Shown here in pieces: positions 13,401 through 25,377 of a DNA stretch of 64,000 bases. The notes under the pieces were generated by a model, which was not told the DNA's origin, ran no database searches, and saw only the letters and a program-made list of their open reading frames with translations. Made by a program: the position numbers and the translations under genes. Location: the NCBI GenBank assembly GCA_002633005.1, contig NMRA01000431.1:247733-311732 (forward strand). The letters run 5' to 3'. The stretch's first letter is position 1. Every line of letters begins with the position of its first letter. Origin of the DNA: Phoronis australis. Lineage: Eukaryota; Animalia; Phoronida.

Positions 13401-16400
13401 TTCATTGTACTTGTCTTTCAAGGTTGGTGTAGTGTTTGTTACAGTTAAAAACCAATTGAAATTGTGAATTGGTGCATATTGTTGATTGGGTGGAGTACTG
13501 GTATGATTACACTCATTCATTGTACTTGTCTTACAAGGTTGGTGTAGTGTTTGTTACAGTTAAAAACCAATTGAAATTGTGAATTGGTGCATATTGTTGA
13601 TTGGGTGGAGTACTCGCACACAAAAGAGATTGACAATATTTCTGGTGGTAGCAGGCTTTTGTGTTTGAGGTTAAGATATCCATTCTAACATGTTGTTTAC
13701 TGAGGTATCCTGTGATTGATATTTTTTGTTTTAGAGAGCTGACGGGCAAAATGGCATAGGTAAACACGAAAGAAAGATCTCTCTTAAAGATTTGTGCTCA
13801 GAGGACAAGAAAAGAGTGGCCAATCTTATTAAAGAGCTTGCAAAGTATGAGCTTTAAAATGTTTCTTGTTAACTGGTGTAATGTGGCTTCTATTGTTACA
13901 TTGTTGCTGTTACAGGAGGTTAGATCTGCTACAAACTTCTTACCTTTTGTCAAAGAAAATAAGATATAATTGGACAATTCACTACTAAAAATCTGATCTC
14001 TTGTTCTTTCTCAAATTGAAAATGATTTCTGGACTTTAAAGTTGACATTTCACTATTGCTTAAGACCATTTGACGCATAAAGTGACCCGTAAAATAAGCC
14101 ACCTTTATTGTAATTGCGAACTGTCTGTAATTGTCAAGTCCAGAAATCACACCAACTAGTTGAGAACAGCTTTACAATTATAAGCAATCTAAATGAAATA
14201 TTAGTTTTTTGATGGAAAGAAGTTTTGTATCAGTCTAATATTTTTTGGAATGACAAGCTGGACCAGGTCATCAGGTATAAACTTATTAGAGACTCTGATT
14301 CTCTGGTCCAGGATAAGGCAATTTAATGGAATTCATGGAATCGGGCTTCTTTTAGGAAATTTGATATCTCTAAAGCAATTTACATATTTCAGTCATGATA
14401 TGAACGAGAATTATAGTATTATCCTTGTCATCAAATTTATTACCCAATGTCAAGGTTGAGCCCACCTCAGACAATGATCGCGTTGCAGCTGACTTGTACA
14501 TTGGAACTGTATTGCAACAAACACTGTTCTACCTATGTGTATTCAAATATAATGCTGCACCATGTTGGAAATGTTTTGCAACATGTTTGGAAAGCCCTGA
14601 ACCATGTTTAAAATATGCCATGTTGGAAAAGCCAGAGTTACAGGACAAAGGATGGAATAGTGTTATATTATATTTGGTACTTATATTTTGTAGTGAAAAT
14701 GATAATAGTGAATTGCCCAACAAGTGATAATCATAGTAGGGACTTGCCCAACAAGTGATAATCATAGTAGGGACTTGCCCAACAAGTGATAATCATAGTA
14801 GGGACTTGCCCAACAATTGAAAATAATGTGTCACTAATTGCTGGTGGTCCATCAACAGAAAGGAAATTAGGTTACAAAAACATGATGTGGAATTTGGACA
14901 ATATTTGAATTTTTGCTCAGGAAGAACTTTGAAAAAATCTCGTGGGTCTTTACTCTAACCAAATCAAGTATTAGTTTATATGATACAGTGGGCTTTGTTC
15001 TTGTGGAATAAGATTTTCCAAGTGACCAAACAATATTGACTTTACATTCTTTCTTTAGTTATTGCTGTTCTCTTACAATGTTTCTCATGCAGTAACTGTA
15101 GAGATAGTACCGCAGAATATGTAGAAATTCGTATTTTCTGTTTTGAAAAACAGAGAAATCTGTTTTAGCAAGTATAAAATCTGTCTGTTTCTCTTCTGTA
15201 AATTAGCAAATTTCGTTTTACTGTATTCAAAGTTATCAGTAGACATACAAATGTTCTGGGAATTGCTTTACTTTTGTCACTTTATCTGTGCTGCAGCTCC
15301 ATTTTACCTATAATTTAGTGCAGGCTATGTTTATTGTTTCTCAAAACTGGAAAAAGAACACCACCACCTGTTCAGAAAAGATGATCAATTACTTGAACAC
15401 GTCTGTTGTTAAACTATAGTTGGTCGACATGAGATCAGAATTGCTCTAATGACTTTGGATGGATTATATTCACATTTTGGTTTTTAAAAAATGTATTACA
15501 ATCGTGGTACCTACTTTCGTGAAAGAATTTTTCCGTGAATTCTGTCCCATTTTTCGCTATCATGGAGAACCAGGGTTTCTAAATATGCTATTTTTTTGAC
15601 AGAATTTAGATTTTTTTGAAAAATATGAAGAATGTCAATATAACTAACTGATGAATCTCTAGAATGTTGGAAGTTTCCTGGTTAATCTCGGGTATTGGGG
15701 CTACATAATATATATCACACAAGTGTGGAAAAATTGTCCAATATGGGGCAGTCTCTAGAATTTTTGGACTCAGAAATTTCCGTAGAAATTGAGTTTTTTG
15801 ATTTTGGAATTTGGGATGAGGGTGATTTTGATGTTCACCATATTTTCCAATTTCGGACAATGTGTTTTCAATCTACAAAGTCTGAAATTGGGCAAGTTGA
15901 TTGTTTTTAAGCATGATTAAAAAGGTCGCTGTTTTACGGTAACATCTTTTGTCTTAAACAATTCAGTGTTAATCAATACCGATCACAGATCTTGTCATTG
16001 ACGTGTTTGTTGGAATTTCTGGGTACCTCGAAGGGTGCTTTTTGCAGTTTCTTTAGGTTCGTAATTGTATTGAATTAATCACCATATTACTCCCAATTCA
16101 CACAAATTCCGTCATGTTTATGGCTGGTGATTGTACGTATACCAAGTATAACCAACAAAATGAAAACTTGTTGTCGCTATGCTACTAATTTGATTCCCAA
16201 AATTTCAGACATGTGCAGTTTGCCATCTTTCTAGTGATACTTGAATTTGGTATGGCCAGTATTGCATATTTCTAGTGGTACTTGAATTTGGTATGGCCAA
16301 TATTGCATATTTCTAGTGATACTTGAATTTGGTATGGCCAATATTGCATATTTCTAGTGATACTTGAATTTGGTATGGCCAATATTGCATATTTCCAGTT

Positions 16401-19400
16401 TGGTACAAGCTCCGACTTTGAACAAAATTAATAATTTTTCGCTGTCCCAAATTGGAGAGTTTTTGCTGCACTCACTACACGTACATTGTGTTCTCATAAC
16501 TAGTAGTGCATGACACATGTACATTGTGTTCCCATTAACTAGTAGTGCATGACACACGCACATTGTGTTCTCATAACTAGTAGTGCATGACACATGTACA
16601 TTGTGTTCCCATTAACTAGTAGTGCATGACACACGTACATTGTGTTCCCATTAACTAGTAGTGCATGACACATGTACTTTGTTCCCATAACTAGTAGTGT
16701 ATGACTCATGTACATTGTGTTCCCATTAACTAGTAGTGCATGACACATGTACATTGTGTTCCCATAACTAGTAGTGCATGACTCATGTACATTGTGTTCT
16801 CATAACTAGTAGTGCATGACACATGTACATTGTGTTCCTATAACTGGTACTGAACGAGCAGAAACCTTGTGATGTCCTGGTCACCACTGTTATCAGTTTA
16901 TTTAAAGAAATGGAGAGCAGATGGGATTTGTGTCTTAGAAATATCCTTAATTCTATGGTAATTTGCATATATCAGAAATCAGTTTATACTTAGGCAACTT
17001 TGAATTGAAATCTTTGTTTCTGAAAGGTTTTGACTTGACCTGTTCCAGAATTGGCGGCATTGTTTTCAAGTAATTTCAGGCTACAACACATAAGTTGTTT
17101 TCAAGAAGTAATCCTCACATCTTTCTTTTCTTTCTCAGGACAGGGCTTGAGAAGGAGTCTGCTCTTGAACAGCTGCAGAAGGAAAGGGTGATATTTGAAC
17201 AGCAAGTCAAGAATTTGAAGGAACAGCAAGAGAAGATTGTAAATGAAAGAAAACATATCCTTTGTTTTCTACCACAGTTATTTTGATAATGAGCATAAAA
17301 TTTGGGTTACTTGTGAGGAAAATGAGATTTAGACATTTCACAACATTAACTGAAGATCTGGGGGGAATGATTTACAACTTGACTTCATGATGTAATAGAA
17401 TGTGTTAAAGCATATCACTTTGCGAGTACTTTAAAATGAAATTGTGTAGTTTTGAACCTATGAATTCAGAATAACCGATAAGTCGATCAATTCAGCTTTT
17501 TGTGAAAATCGGCAATAGTTACTTACTACAGTGTTCCTGCATTTTTAGAACCTCTTTAACACCAGTTATTTTGTTCAGAAAACTGGTTCTCAAAACGACA
17601 ATAGTTACTTACTACAGTGTTCCTGCATTTTTAGAACCTCTTTAACACCAGTTATTTTGTTCACAAAACTGGTTCTCAAAATGGCAATAGTTACTTACTA
17701 CAGTGGTCCTGCATTTTTAGAACCTCTTTAACACCAGTTATTTTGTTCACAAAACTGGTTCTCAAAATGGCAATAGTTACTTACTACAGTGGTCCTGCAT
17801 TTTTAGAACCTCTTTAACACCAGTTATTTTGTTCAGAAAACTGGTTCTCAAAACGGCAATAGTTACTTACTACAGTGGTCCTGCATTTTTAGAACCTCTT
17901 TAACACCAGTTATTTTGTTCAGAAAACTGGTTCTCAAAATGGCAATAGTAACTTACTACAGTGGTCCTGCATTTTTAGAACCTCTTTAACACCAGTTATT
18001 TTGTTCACAAAACTGGTTCTCAAAATGCGGGACCCTTGTAAGTGATTATTAGAAAATCGCTGCAAAAGAATTTTTTTTTCTGTGAAGTGGCACCTTCAGC
18101 CATGCAAACTATCAACAGCTGATTCTCAGTTGAATATGTATTTCTACAATTAAAGGAACATCAGTTTTGCTGCTGAAAAATGCAATATTAGGATTATTGT
18201 TGTATGGGACTTTTTGAAACTGCTGACTTTGACTAGAGCTGGAAAACAACAAAATCCTTTGTGTTTTTGTAATTTTATTACGAATTGCCAATTCTCGCTG
18301 TTGTCTGCCAGACATTTGCTGAAATCAAGGCCGGTGTTTTTACCATTAAATAAAATTAATGCGTGAGATTTGTCTCGTGTTCAGCTGCTTCTGTAGGATT
18401 TGTGATTTCAATTCCACGCTTCTTTTCATGCCAAGAATGTCTCTTTAAATCGTCCTATAATCAGGTATGGTTCAAAGTCTCGTTGGCTTTGTATTCAAAG
18501 TTTTCTACTTAGAAATTATTTGGTGTGATAATCTAAGCCAGTGGTACAATTGACTATATTTCCTTCACCATGTCCACTTGTCCAGGAGCAGTATAAAGAA
18601 TGCCAAGAATTGCTGGTCAGCTACCAAAGGCAGATTGTGGAACAGCAAGAAAAATTATCTTCATCAATACAGGAACTGACGAGTCCAAAACAAAAGGTAT
18701 TACACGATCTCTCAAGTGCCATCTTGTGGTCATGATATGAGAATTAGTATACACAAAGTTTGCAAGCTTAGATTGTACCTTTTTGTGTGGTTAAATATTT
18801 TAAAAGGAAGTTACTAACCGACACATATGATGTATGAGCCTGTTACCATAGTTTTCCAATTGTAAGTCTGTTTTAGTGAGGGACCAGTTTCAGCAAATTT
18901 TATTTTATTGTATTACAAAATAAAGGCCAAAATCAAAGTTTGTTTACCAAAATGTTACTCATTAACTTTCAGAGTGAAGAGAGTGAGAAGATGCATCAAG
19001 GCCCTCAACCACGCGCTGAGTTGTACACACCCCAAAAAGAATTGGATCACCAAGCTGGGGATTCCAGGGGTGTAGATGACATGGCTGTTGATCAGACAGT
19101 AAGATATGGTCGGGAGAACTATGATGCGGAAACTATACCAAGGCTCAACAAGAGTGTGCGTTTGGAAAATAATCAAAGAGGTGACTACGGACACCCACCA
19201 CAATGGTACATTGGATATGGGTCTGAACGGCCGCATCAGCTAAGAGAGGGGTATGGTACGCCACCGGAAAGGCGACGCGTTCAGTGGGTTGGCTATGATG
19301 TGCCTCCTCAGTACAACGGTAATACTGGATATAAGCCAGAGGACAGGCGTAGGGACCAGGAACATGGATATGGTGATGTGTACTTTGATGAAACGCCCAG

Positions 19401-22400
19401 TCGTCCTTACACAAAACGTATAGATCGCACTATAAAGCAACAGTCGTACGATTACCAAGACAGAAAGCCCCCACACGATATATACAATAGCTATAATGGT
19501 AATGTGCTCCAGGCACAACCAGGCTATGATACGCATTCAAGCTATCGTGCCCAGGTAGAACAGGATGCGCAGAATAGATATGGCCGTGATCAACAAAGGT
19601 ATGAACCCTTCAGAGATAGGGCACAGTACTTTGCTGATGACTTATTACCTGAGCCTGTCATGACCAGCACTCAAGCTAGCCAGCAGATTGGTGGTCGCAA
19701 CGTCAACCCACACCGTGCCAGTTTTTCTGCGCATAACAGTTTAGGTCCTGAGAGGTTCAAAAACATATCGGCAATTTTGAAGAGTCCTCCAGAAAAAGAC
19801 AGACGCAGAGGTCGTCTTCCAAATAAGGTTAGATGGGTTGACAGGGACAACAAGGGTATCCTTAGAAGTGGTGTGGAGTCACCCGTGTCTACAAACTTTC
19901 ATGACCATGTCGAGGCTGCCCAGCAAGCTTCTCCAGAGCAACGCAAGGTGGCACTACTGCAGCAACGTGCCTATCTGATGCAGGAACAAGCTCGACTGCG
20001 TGCGATCCTGCGTGAACAAGAGGTGAAGCTGCAGACCAAACAGGATCAGTTACAGGAGCAACATCGGTTGCAGCGAGCTAGACTGTGGCACTTTGAAAAG
20101 ACAGGCAGGTTCCCAGAGCAAGGTGATGAGGATGATGGTCTACAGGATCCTCAGCTGAGTAGTGTAGATAACATGATACTGGATGGCACTCTGGACGGTG
20201 ATGACATGCTTAAAGCAAATGACACGCAATTCTCGCAGAAGCTGTTGGAGCCTTCAGTGCATGAATCAATTCAGGGGTCGTTGCCACATTTGCCACCCAG
20301 ATTGGGGCAAGTGTCAAGGGATCGACTTTCTGAGTTTCAAGCACATGAAGCCACATTTCATGAAGTGTTGCCCTATGTACCCCCTAAAAATAATAACGTT
20401 TTTCATTATAGCATTCTTAAGGAAGCAACAGCATCTCGAGAAAGAGATGATGGCACGCCTGTGTCAGAAACTGACGAGAATTTGGAATTTTTGGCTCGGA
20501 GAGGTGTCAATGTGGCAAGTCTGAGTCCTGTTAGAGTAAAAGGTTGGCAATATTTGTTTCACAAATATATGTGACTGTGTGATTATCATGTGATTTTCTA
20601 GTTTCACTGTTTACAGTACACTCCAACACTAATCTGACAAAATGTTGTTTCACCATCAGGACAGGTAGTGACCCACAATGACGGTTCATTTTGGCCACTC
20701 GGTGAATTCCACTTGCGCTAAGACATGACAGGGAGGTCCACTTGTGCTCTGTCATCATGACAGGGAGGTCCATTTGTGCTCTGTCATCATGACGGGGAGG
20801 TCCACTTGTGCTCTGTCATCATGACAGGGAGGTCCACTTGTGCTCTGTCGTCATGACAGGGAGGTCCACTTGTGCTCTGTCGTCATGACAGGGAGGTCCA
20901 CTTGTGCTGTATCGTCATGACCGGGAGGTCTACTGGGGCATTTTTATGATTATTTTTCATCGGCACTACACCTAGTTATAGATTCCAAATTCACACTGTG
21001 TTAAGTGAAAATGGATCAACAGTTTCAATGGCATACGCCTATCTTTTGTTGAACTTGGATTTCTATGAATTAGTACAATCTGTGTCATCACTGTGTTGAA
21101 CAACTATGCTGTATTTTGTACATTTTTTATGACTTTCCTCACAGAGAAGAGAAGAAAGCAGCTAGCCACTAGAAGCATGATATCAAGTTGCCATGACACG
21201 TCAGGGGTGTCATCATTGAGAGTGGATGCCTCAACTAGTCCACTCAGGTTGGTTTATTCACTTGTAATCACATTTTCCTTGTAATGTGGACATGGAAATC
21301 TTGGATTAATTACTTTTTGTAAATGTTTATTTCACTAAAGTGGGTAACAAATAGCATATCTTTGAAGAATAATTTATGGTTTATGGAAAGCTCATTTAAA
21401 CTATGTACTAGATGTAGTGTAAATACGCTGCCCAGACCTGTTATAGACACTAGAACAACAAAGGAGTAACTAAATTTTCATTGGTGTGGACATGCTTCCT
21501 AGTATAATTTCTTCAAATGCTAAGAGTATGTTGCCATTGTATCATCTAAATATTTCTTTTAAAGGATATTAGTACTCAGTTGTGCTGAAAGTGATTTTGC
21601 AACAGCTTTGCAAGGAAGATAAAAAGCAAGTCAATGTGCTCTTAACATTTCATCCCTGAAGCTCCATGTTATTAAAAAGCAAGTCAATGTGCTCTTAACA
21701 TTTCATCCCTGAAGCTCCATGTTATTAAAAAGCAAGTCAATGTGCTCTTAACATTTCATCCCTGAAGCTCCATGTTATTAAGAAGCAAGTCAATGTGCTC
21801 TTAACATTTCATCCCTGAAGCTCCATGTTATTACTTATAACTTGTAATGGGAAATCTCATGTCTCACAAACTAGTGTCACTTGTCGCATATTTACCTTAT
21901 GTATGACATTATCGCAAAATTTGTATTAAGCTTAATATATACAAAACTATCAGTGAAAGTATATATTTTCTGTTTGTATAAATCTTGTTGAATTTGATTT
22001 TTGATTTCACATGACCATTAGCAAAAAGAAAGGTACATGTATAGCAAAACCATGATATCAGATATTTGATATCAACAACATGACCAAGTTTTGTTTATAT
22101 GCTAGATGAAACCTCCAAAATCCTGTTACAGTTTCTAAGTTATCATTTCCTTTTCATTTTATGCATCATTTGAGCTTTTTCATTCAAAAGTGGAACATTT
22201 TAAAAACAGTTGCTGACAATGTGTTGGAGAACAGTGCATAAATCAAGATAGCACCTGAAAGTTACACAAGTCATGTGATCACCCATTTCTGAGATATCAT
22301 GTTCCCAAGTTGGCCAAATTGGGACTTTTTTCTAGGGTCCTGCATAATCTTAACTAAACTTTCCAAGGGTTACTTAATATCAACATGTTTTAATTTAATT

Positions 22401-23870
22401 GTTAAATTTAGTATTGTCATTGATCTTAGGATCATGTTCCACAATAAACTCCATGGTCTTGAGTATGATTTACCTCAGTCATTCGTAATGGTATTGACAA
22501 TATTTAATGAAATGTTCAAGTTGCTCCACCACCTATTTGGTGACTCCACTAGGTGGTGATTTTAAGATGCAAAGTGAGGCAGCATTGTGAACTAAGGACT
22601 GCAAGCAGTTCTGTTTTGAACTATTTTTAACTGTCCACGTTCATCCTATTACAGTATAGTTGTAGAATCTTCGATTGAAAAATCTTTCTACATGCCTTAA
22701 GAAGTCAATCCTCGTCATTTTTTGTACAGATTTTCATTTTTGCTTGAAACATGAGTTTCAAAAAAACTAAACTGTTGGAGATATTATCCATATATTTTTA
22801 CTGTCACATGAAAGTGTGTCTTACTCTCAAACAACAGATATCAGCCATCGTAGTCCCTTTTTAAAACAATATCCCGAATTTTCATTTTTAATGGTGAAGG
22901 AAGGTAAGATGAAGATGAGAGTGACACGGCTTCCTCGGACATAGACCATAAAGTGGCAAAAATCGAAACCACTAAAATGGACCATAAAGATTTGCCATGT
23001 AATTAAAATGAATAGAAACTATCTCAAGTAACTCGAATATTTGGCTCACAAATTATGCATTTGAACAAGCATTATTGATTGAAATGGAAAATGGAAAATA
23101 ATCCACGATGGTGGGATGCAGTGTTTTGAAATAATCCATTCCTATGACAAACGCGGTAAACTACCCTAACATTCGGTGAAGTCCGAGTAGCACTAACTTA
23201 TAATTGGATGTTAATATTGCTGGCGGTAAGTGTAAATGATGGCTTGTCCTGTTTACAGGGATCCAGTACTGAAACAGGGCAACAGGCAACTGACAAAGGA
23301 ACAGTCATTTGGAAGGTGAGTCTGGCATTATGCTGGCATATTTTTGAAGAAAAACTTTCCATCCATGTCTAGTGTACCTGTGTGGCCACAAGTATTGTAA
23401 GGGGAACTTTTCTTTCAATACATCTGCACGTTCATATGCAAGCATTTTTATAAACAGCCTTAAAAAGCTGTTAATATGTGTTTATCAGTAATGCCATTTA
23501 CAGGTGTCCTGCATTTTGAAAACCAGTTTGATGCCCATTATTTAGTGGAGAAAACTGGTTTTCAAAATGTGGAATCCTTATAAGTACAGTACCTATTTGT
23601 CTAAGTGTCTGAGCAATTGTACTGTTCTGATTTTTAGAAGACTCGTTCATAAAAATCCCACATTTGACTTGATATCAGCCCCCTTGAGTTTTGTAACGTA
23701 TAATTATCACGCGTTCTTTTAGGTCCTCCCGCCAACAAAACGTTGCTGACATAGTTGATAGTGTTGAAAGAAGTCAATACAATGAAGTAGCGACCTCTAG
23801 TGACTTGTTTGACGAAGAGGAAGAAACAGAAGAGTCCCAAGTGCTTGAAGAAATATTCTTTCTCAAGTAA
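7417..23870 (+). CDS. KIAA1328: protein hinderin (KIAA1328 homologue), 10 coding exons, about 819 aa
   Basis: Exons 7417-7468, 9502-9540, 11328-11473, 13735-13844, 17139-17254, 18578-18696, 18973-20542, 21145-21247, 23259-23315 and 23723-23870 join in frame (2460 nt). Family motifs: N-terminal FW..D...PGIS..G; SLKDLCSEDKKRVANLIKELAK; QEQYKECQELLVSYQ..I.EQQEKL; second coiled coil LLQQRAYLMQEQARLRAILREQEVKL; C-terminal EESQVLEEIFFLK*. Confidence 0.9.
7652..8352 (-). mobile_element. truncated Kolobok-like element (copy 3) in hinderin intron 1
   Basis: Starts TTAA|AGGAGAAAGCCACCCG; reverse complement of about 54859-55540. Confidence 0.8.
9502..9540 (+). CDS. KIAA1328: hinderin exon 2 (DASSTSSAFAFIPG)
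   Basis: ttatag| acceptor, |GTAAGT donor, phase 1-1. Confidence 0.75.
9646..9729. repeat. (TG)n/(TCTG)n microsatellite
   Basis: Direct inspection. Confidence 0.9.
9790..11315 (+). mobile_element. Helentron/DINE-1-like (HINE) non-autonomous element
   Basis: 5' subTIR ATGTGCCCACA with an adjacent inverted copy; (GTCC)n microsatellite; about 450-bp internal tandem repeat (9961, 10411, partial 10860); 3' subTIR TGTGGGCACAT; stem-loop CAACGC-TCT-GCGTTG. Confidence 0.7.
11328..11473 (+). CDS. KIAA1328: hinderin exon 3 (GISDIGSERP...)
   Basis: ttacag| acceptor, AAG|GTAACT donor; continues the PGIS motif. Confidence 0.75.
11950..13135 (+). mobile_element. older, diverged copy of the same HINE-like family
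   Basis: Degenerate CCTAGTGG / GAAATTTGGC units; 3' end GTGGGCACATATCAATGCTCCATGTTG at about 13106-13132. Confidence 0.55.
13376..13614. repeat. tandem duplication, about 115 bp x2
   Basis: GGAGTACTGGTATGATTACACTC... occurs twice. Confidence 0.9.
13735..13844 (+). CDS. KIAA1328: hinderin exon 4 (SLKDLCSEDKKRVANLIKELAK)
   Basis: Signature KIAA1328-domain motif; ttttag| acceptor and |GTATGA donor. Confidence 0.9.
14714..14815. repeat. minisatellite, 31-bp unit x~3
   Basis: TTGCCCAACAAGTGATAATCATAGTAGGGAC repeated. Confidence 0.9.
16228..16395. repeat. minisatellite, 41-bp unit x4
   Basis: TTTCTAGTGATACTTGAATTTGGTATGGCCAATATTGCATA repeated. Confidence 0.9.
16477..16845. repeat. minisatellite, 38-39-bp unit x~9
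   Basis: ACATGTACATTGTGTTCCCATTAACTAGTAGTGCATGAC repeated. Confidence 0.92.
17139..17254 (+). CDS. KIAA1328: hinderin exon 5 (coiled coil TGLEKESALEQLQKER...)
   Basis: Strong polypyrimidine acceptor; followed by the U12-type donor ATATCCTTT. Confidence 0.88.
17255..18577 (+). other. U12-type (minor spliceosome) AT-AC intron
   Basis: 5' end ATATCCTTT; branch-like TTCCTTCAC at 18560-18568; ends CCAC| at 18577. Splicing here restores the frame and an ungapped match to hinderin (NERKLVQEQYKECQELL). Confidence 0.85.
17511..18027. repeat. minisatellite, 86-bp unit x6 inside the AT-AC intron
   Basis: Units start at 17511, 17597, 17683, 17769, 17855 and 17941. Confidence 0.95.
18578..18696 (+). 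CDS. KIAA1328: hinderin exon 6 (VQEQYKECQELLVSYQRQIVEQQEKL...)
   Basis: Conserved motif; AAG|GTATTA donor. Confidence 0.88.
18973..20542 (+). CDS. KIAA1328: hinderin exon 7 (1570-nt exon; the 544-aa ORF of the track)
   Basis: ctttcag| acceptor and AAAG|GTTGGC donor; a low-complexity Y/G/Q/R region followed by the conserved coiled coil. Confidence 0.85.
20724..20931. repeat. minisatellite, 33-bp unit x~6
   Basis: CATGACAGGGAGGTCCACTTGTGCTCTGTCAT-type unit. Confidence 0.92.
21145..21247 (+). CDS. KIAA1328: hinderin exon 8
   Basis: ttcctcacag| acceptor, CAG|GTTGGT donor; phase 1-2, in frame. Confidence 0.7.
21620..21833. repeat. minisatellite, 54-bp unit x4
   Basis: AAAAAGCAAGTCAATGTGCTCTTAACATTTCATCCCTGAAGCTCCATGTTATT repeated. 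Confidence 0.92.
23259..23315 (+). CDS. KIAA1328: hinderin exon 9
   Basis: tttacag| acceptor, AAG|GTGAGT donor; phase 2-2. Confidence 0.72.
23723..23870 (+). CDS. KIAA1328: hinderin last coding exon (..IVDSVE..EESQVLEEIFFLK*)
   Basis: ttcttttag| acceptor; conserved C-terminal LE.IFF motif; TAA at 23868-23870. A candidate AATAAA lies near 26033. Confidence 0.85.
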
Positions 23871-24448
23871 CTTTGTAGACTTATAATATAAGCCATACCA
23901 ATTTGTGGTCAGTGTTTTCACCTGATGCTTTCAAAGAATGCAACTTTGCGTTTGACAAAAGCATCTAGTTTCATTTGTCAATTTTTAAGGTGCTTTACAG
24001 GCATACTGCTTGGTAACAAAAGGTGTTTTAATTTTGATGTTGGCTTTCTTTTAATCCCTTGCAGTAAAAGTTAATGTAATATTCGACATGGGCCTTTTGG
24101 CTAAACTTAGGTGCTGGATTGTAGCAAGTAGGCATTCTTGTCCGTCCCTGATACTGTGCAACAATCACTTTGTGGGTAAACTCTCACTCAGACAATTTTT
24201 GATGTGAACCCTGAAGACCGGTCCACAAATGTTGAACCTGTTTCTCAGTTGGTGAGGCTTGCTACCTTAAAATCAATCTGTTAACTGAAGTCTGTAATTC
24301 TAACCTCCCCTGCAACCTAGAAGAATGATAATAAAACATAGAAAAGCTTTCATAGAGCAGACAAAAGGTCTGGAGTTTAGAAGTTAACAATTCAAAAACA
24401 CCAAAAATTCTTGAATCTTGGCTGTAGATAAACACATTTTGTTGAGAA

Positions 24449-24539
24449 ATGGTCCTAATGGTGTGAAGCAATGGTCCTAATGGTGTGAAGCAATGGTCCT
24501 AATGGTGTGAAGCAATGGTCCTAATGGTGTGAAGCAATG
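24449..24539. repeat. minisatellite, 21-bp unit x4 (probable hinderin 3' UTR)
   Basis: ATGGTCCTAATGGTGTGAAGCA-type unit. Confidence 0.9.
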
Positions 24540-24622
24540 TGTTGCTGAAATGTAAACCCTGGTATAATTACCAATCATAATAATTATAATGGCGTGAAGT
24601 TACTTTCAACTTGCTGAGTTTA

Positions 24623-24838
24623 TTTCAAATGTCTCCTGTTGGATCTCATCTCTTCACTTTGATGTTTCAACTGTCTCCTGTTGGATCTCATCTCTTCACT
24701 TTGATGTTTTAACCGTCTCCTGTTGGATCTCATCTCTTCACTTTGATGTTTTAACTGTCTCCTGTTAGATATCATCTCTTCAATTTGATGTTTCAACTGT
24801 CTCCTGTTAGCTGATATCATCTCTTCACTTTGATGTTC
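24623..24838. repeat. minisatellite, 42-bp unit x5
   Basis: TGTCTCCTGTTGGATCTCATCTCTTCACTTTGATGTTTCAAC repeated. Confidence 0.9.
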
Positions 24839-25177
24839 CTACCCTCATTCTGGACTGTTATAGACATGTCAGATGTTTTAAATCAGTTAGCAACATTATT
24901 ATGGATCATTTTAGGCATTCTTGATATTTTCCATTTTTTACCAATGACCATGGAAGAGATTAGTTGTAAAGGTGTTCAAGTTTTGTTCAGTTTGTAATGT
25001 TGAGTACTGCTCTATTTATGTTTATAATCTCGAGTTCTATTTATGTATTGTGTTTACATGACTGCTGTAGACAAGTGCTGTGGTGAATTGGGTGGAGTTT
25101 TTAATTTTACAATTCATTTGTCACCACAGGAAATTGCATTGTGTGGAATTTTCTTTTAGAACTTAAATTTCACGTTG

Positions 25178-25377
25178 AGAGTACTGATGAAAGTGTCTCT
25201 GTTTGACGTTTAGAGTACTGATGAAAATGTCTCTGTTTGACATTTAGAGTACTGTTGAAAGTGTTTCTGTTTGACGTTTAGAGTACTGATGAAAGTGTCT
25301 CTGTTTGACATTTAGAGTACTGATGAAAATGTCTCTATTTCACTTTTAGAGTACTGATGAAAATGTCTCTATTTCAC
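25178..25377. repeat. minisatellite, 34-bp unit x~6
   Basis: AGAGTACTGATGAAAGTGTCTCTGTTTGACGTTT repeated. Confidence 0.9.

Noticed and set aside
18940-20574. The 544-aa ORF as a stand-alone single-exon gene
   Set aside because: It has in-phase splice sites at both ends and carries the hinderin second coiled coil, so it is exon 7.
24620-24820. Repetitive peptide ORFs (e.g. RRQLKHQSEEMRSN; also 397-627 and 16354-16968)
   Set aside because: These are translations of minisatellites whose unit length keeps a frame open, lying in introns or UTR.
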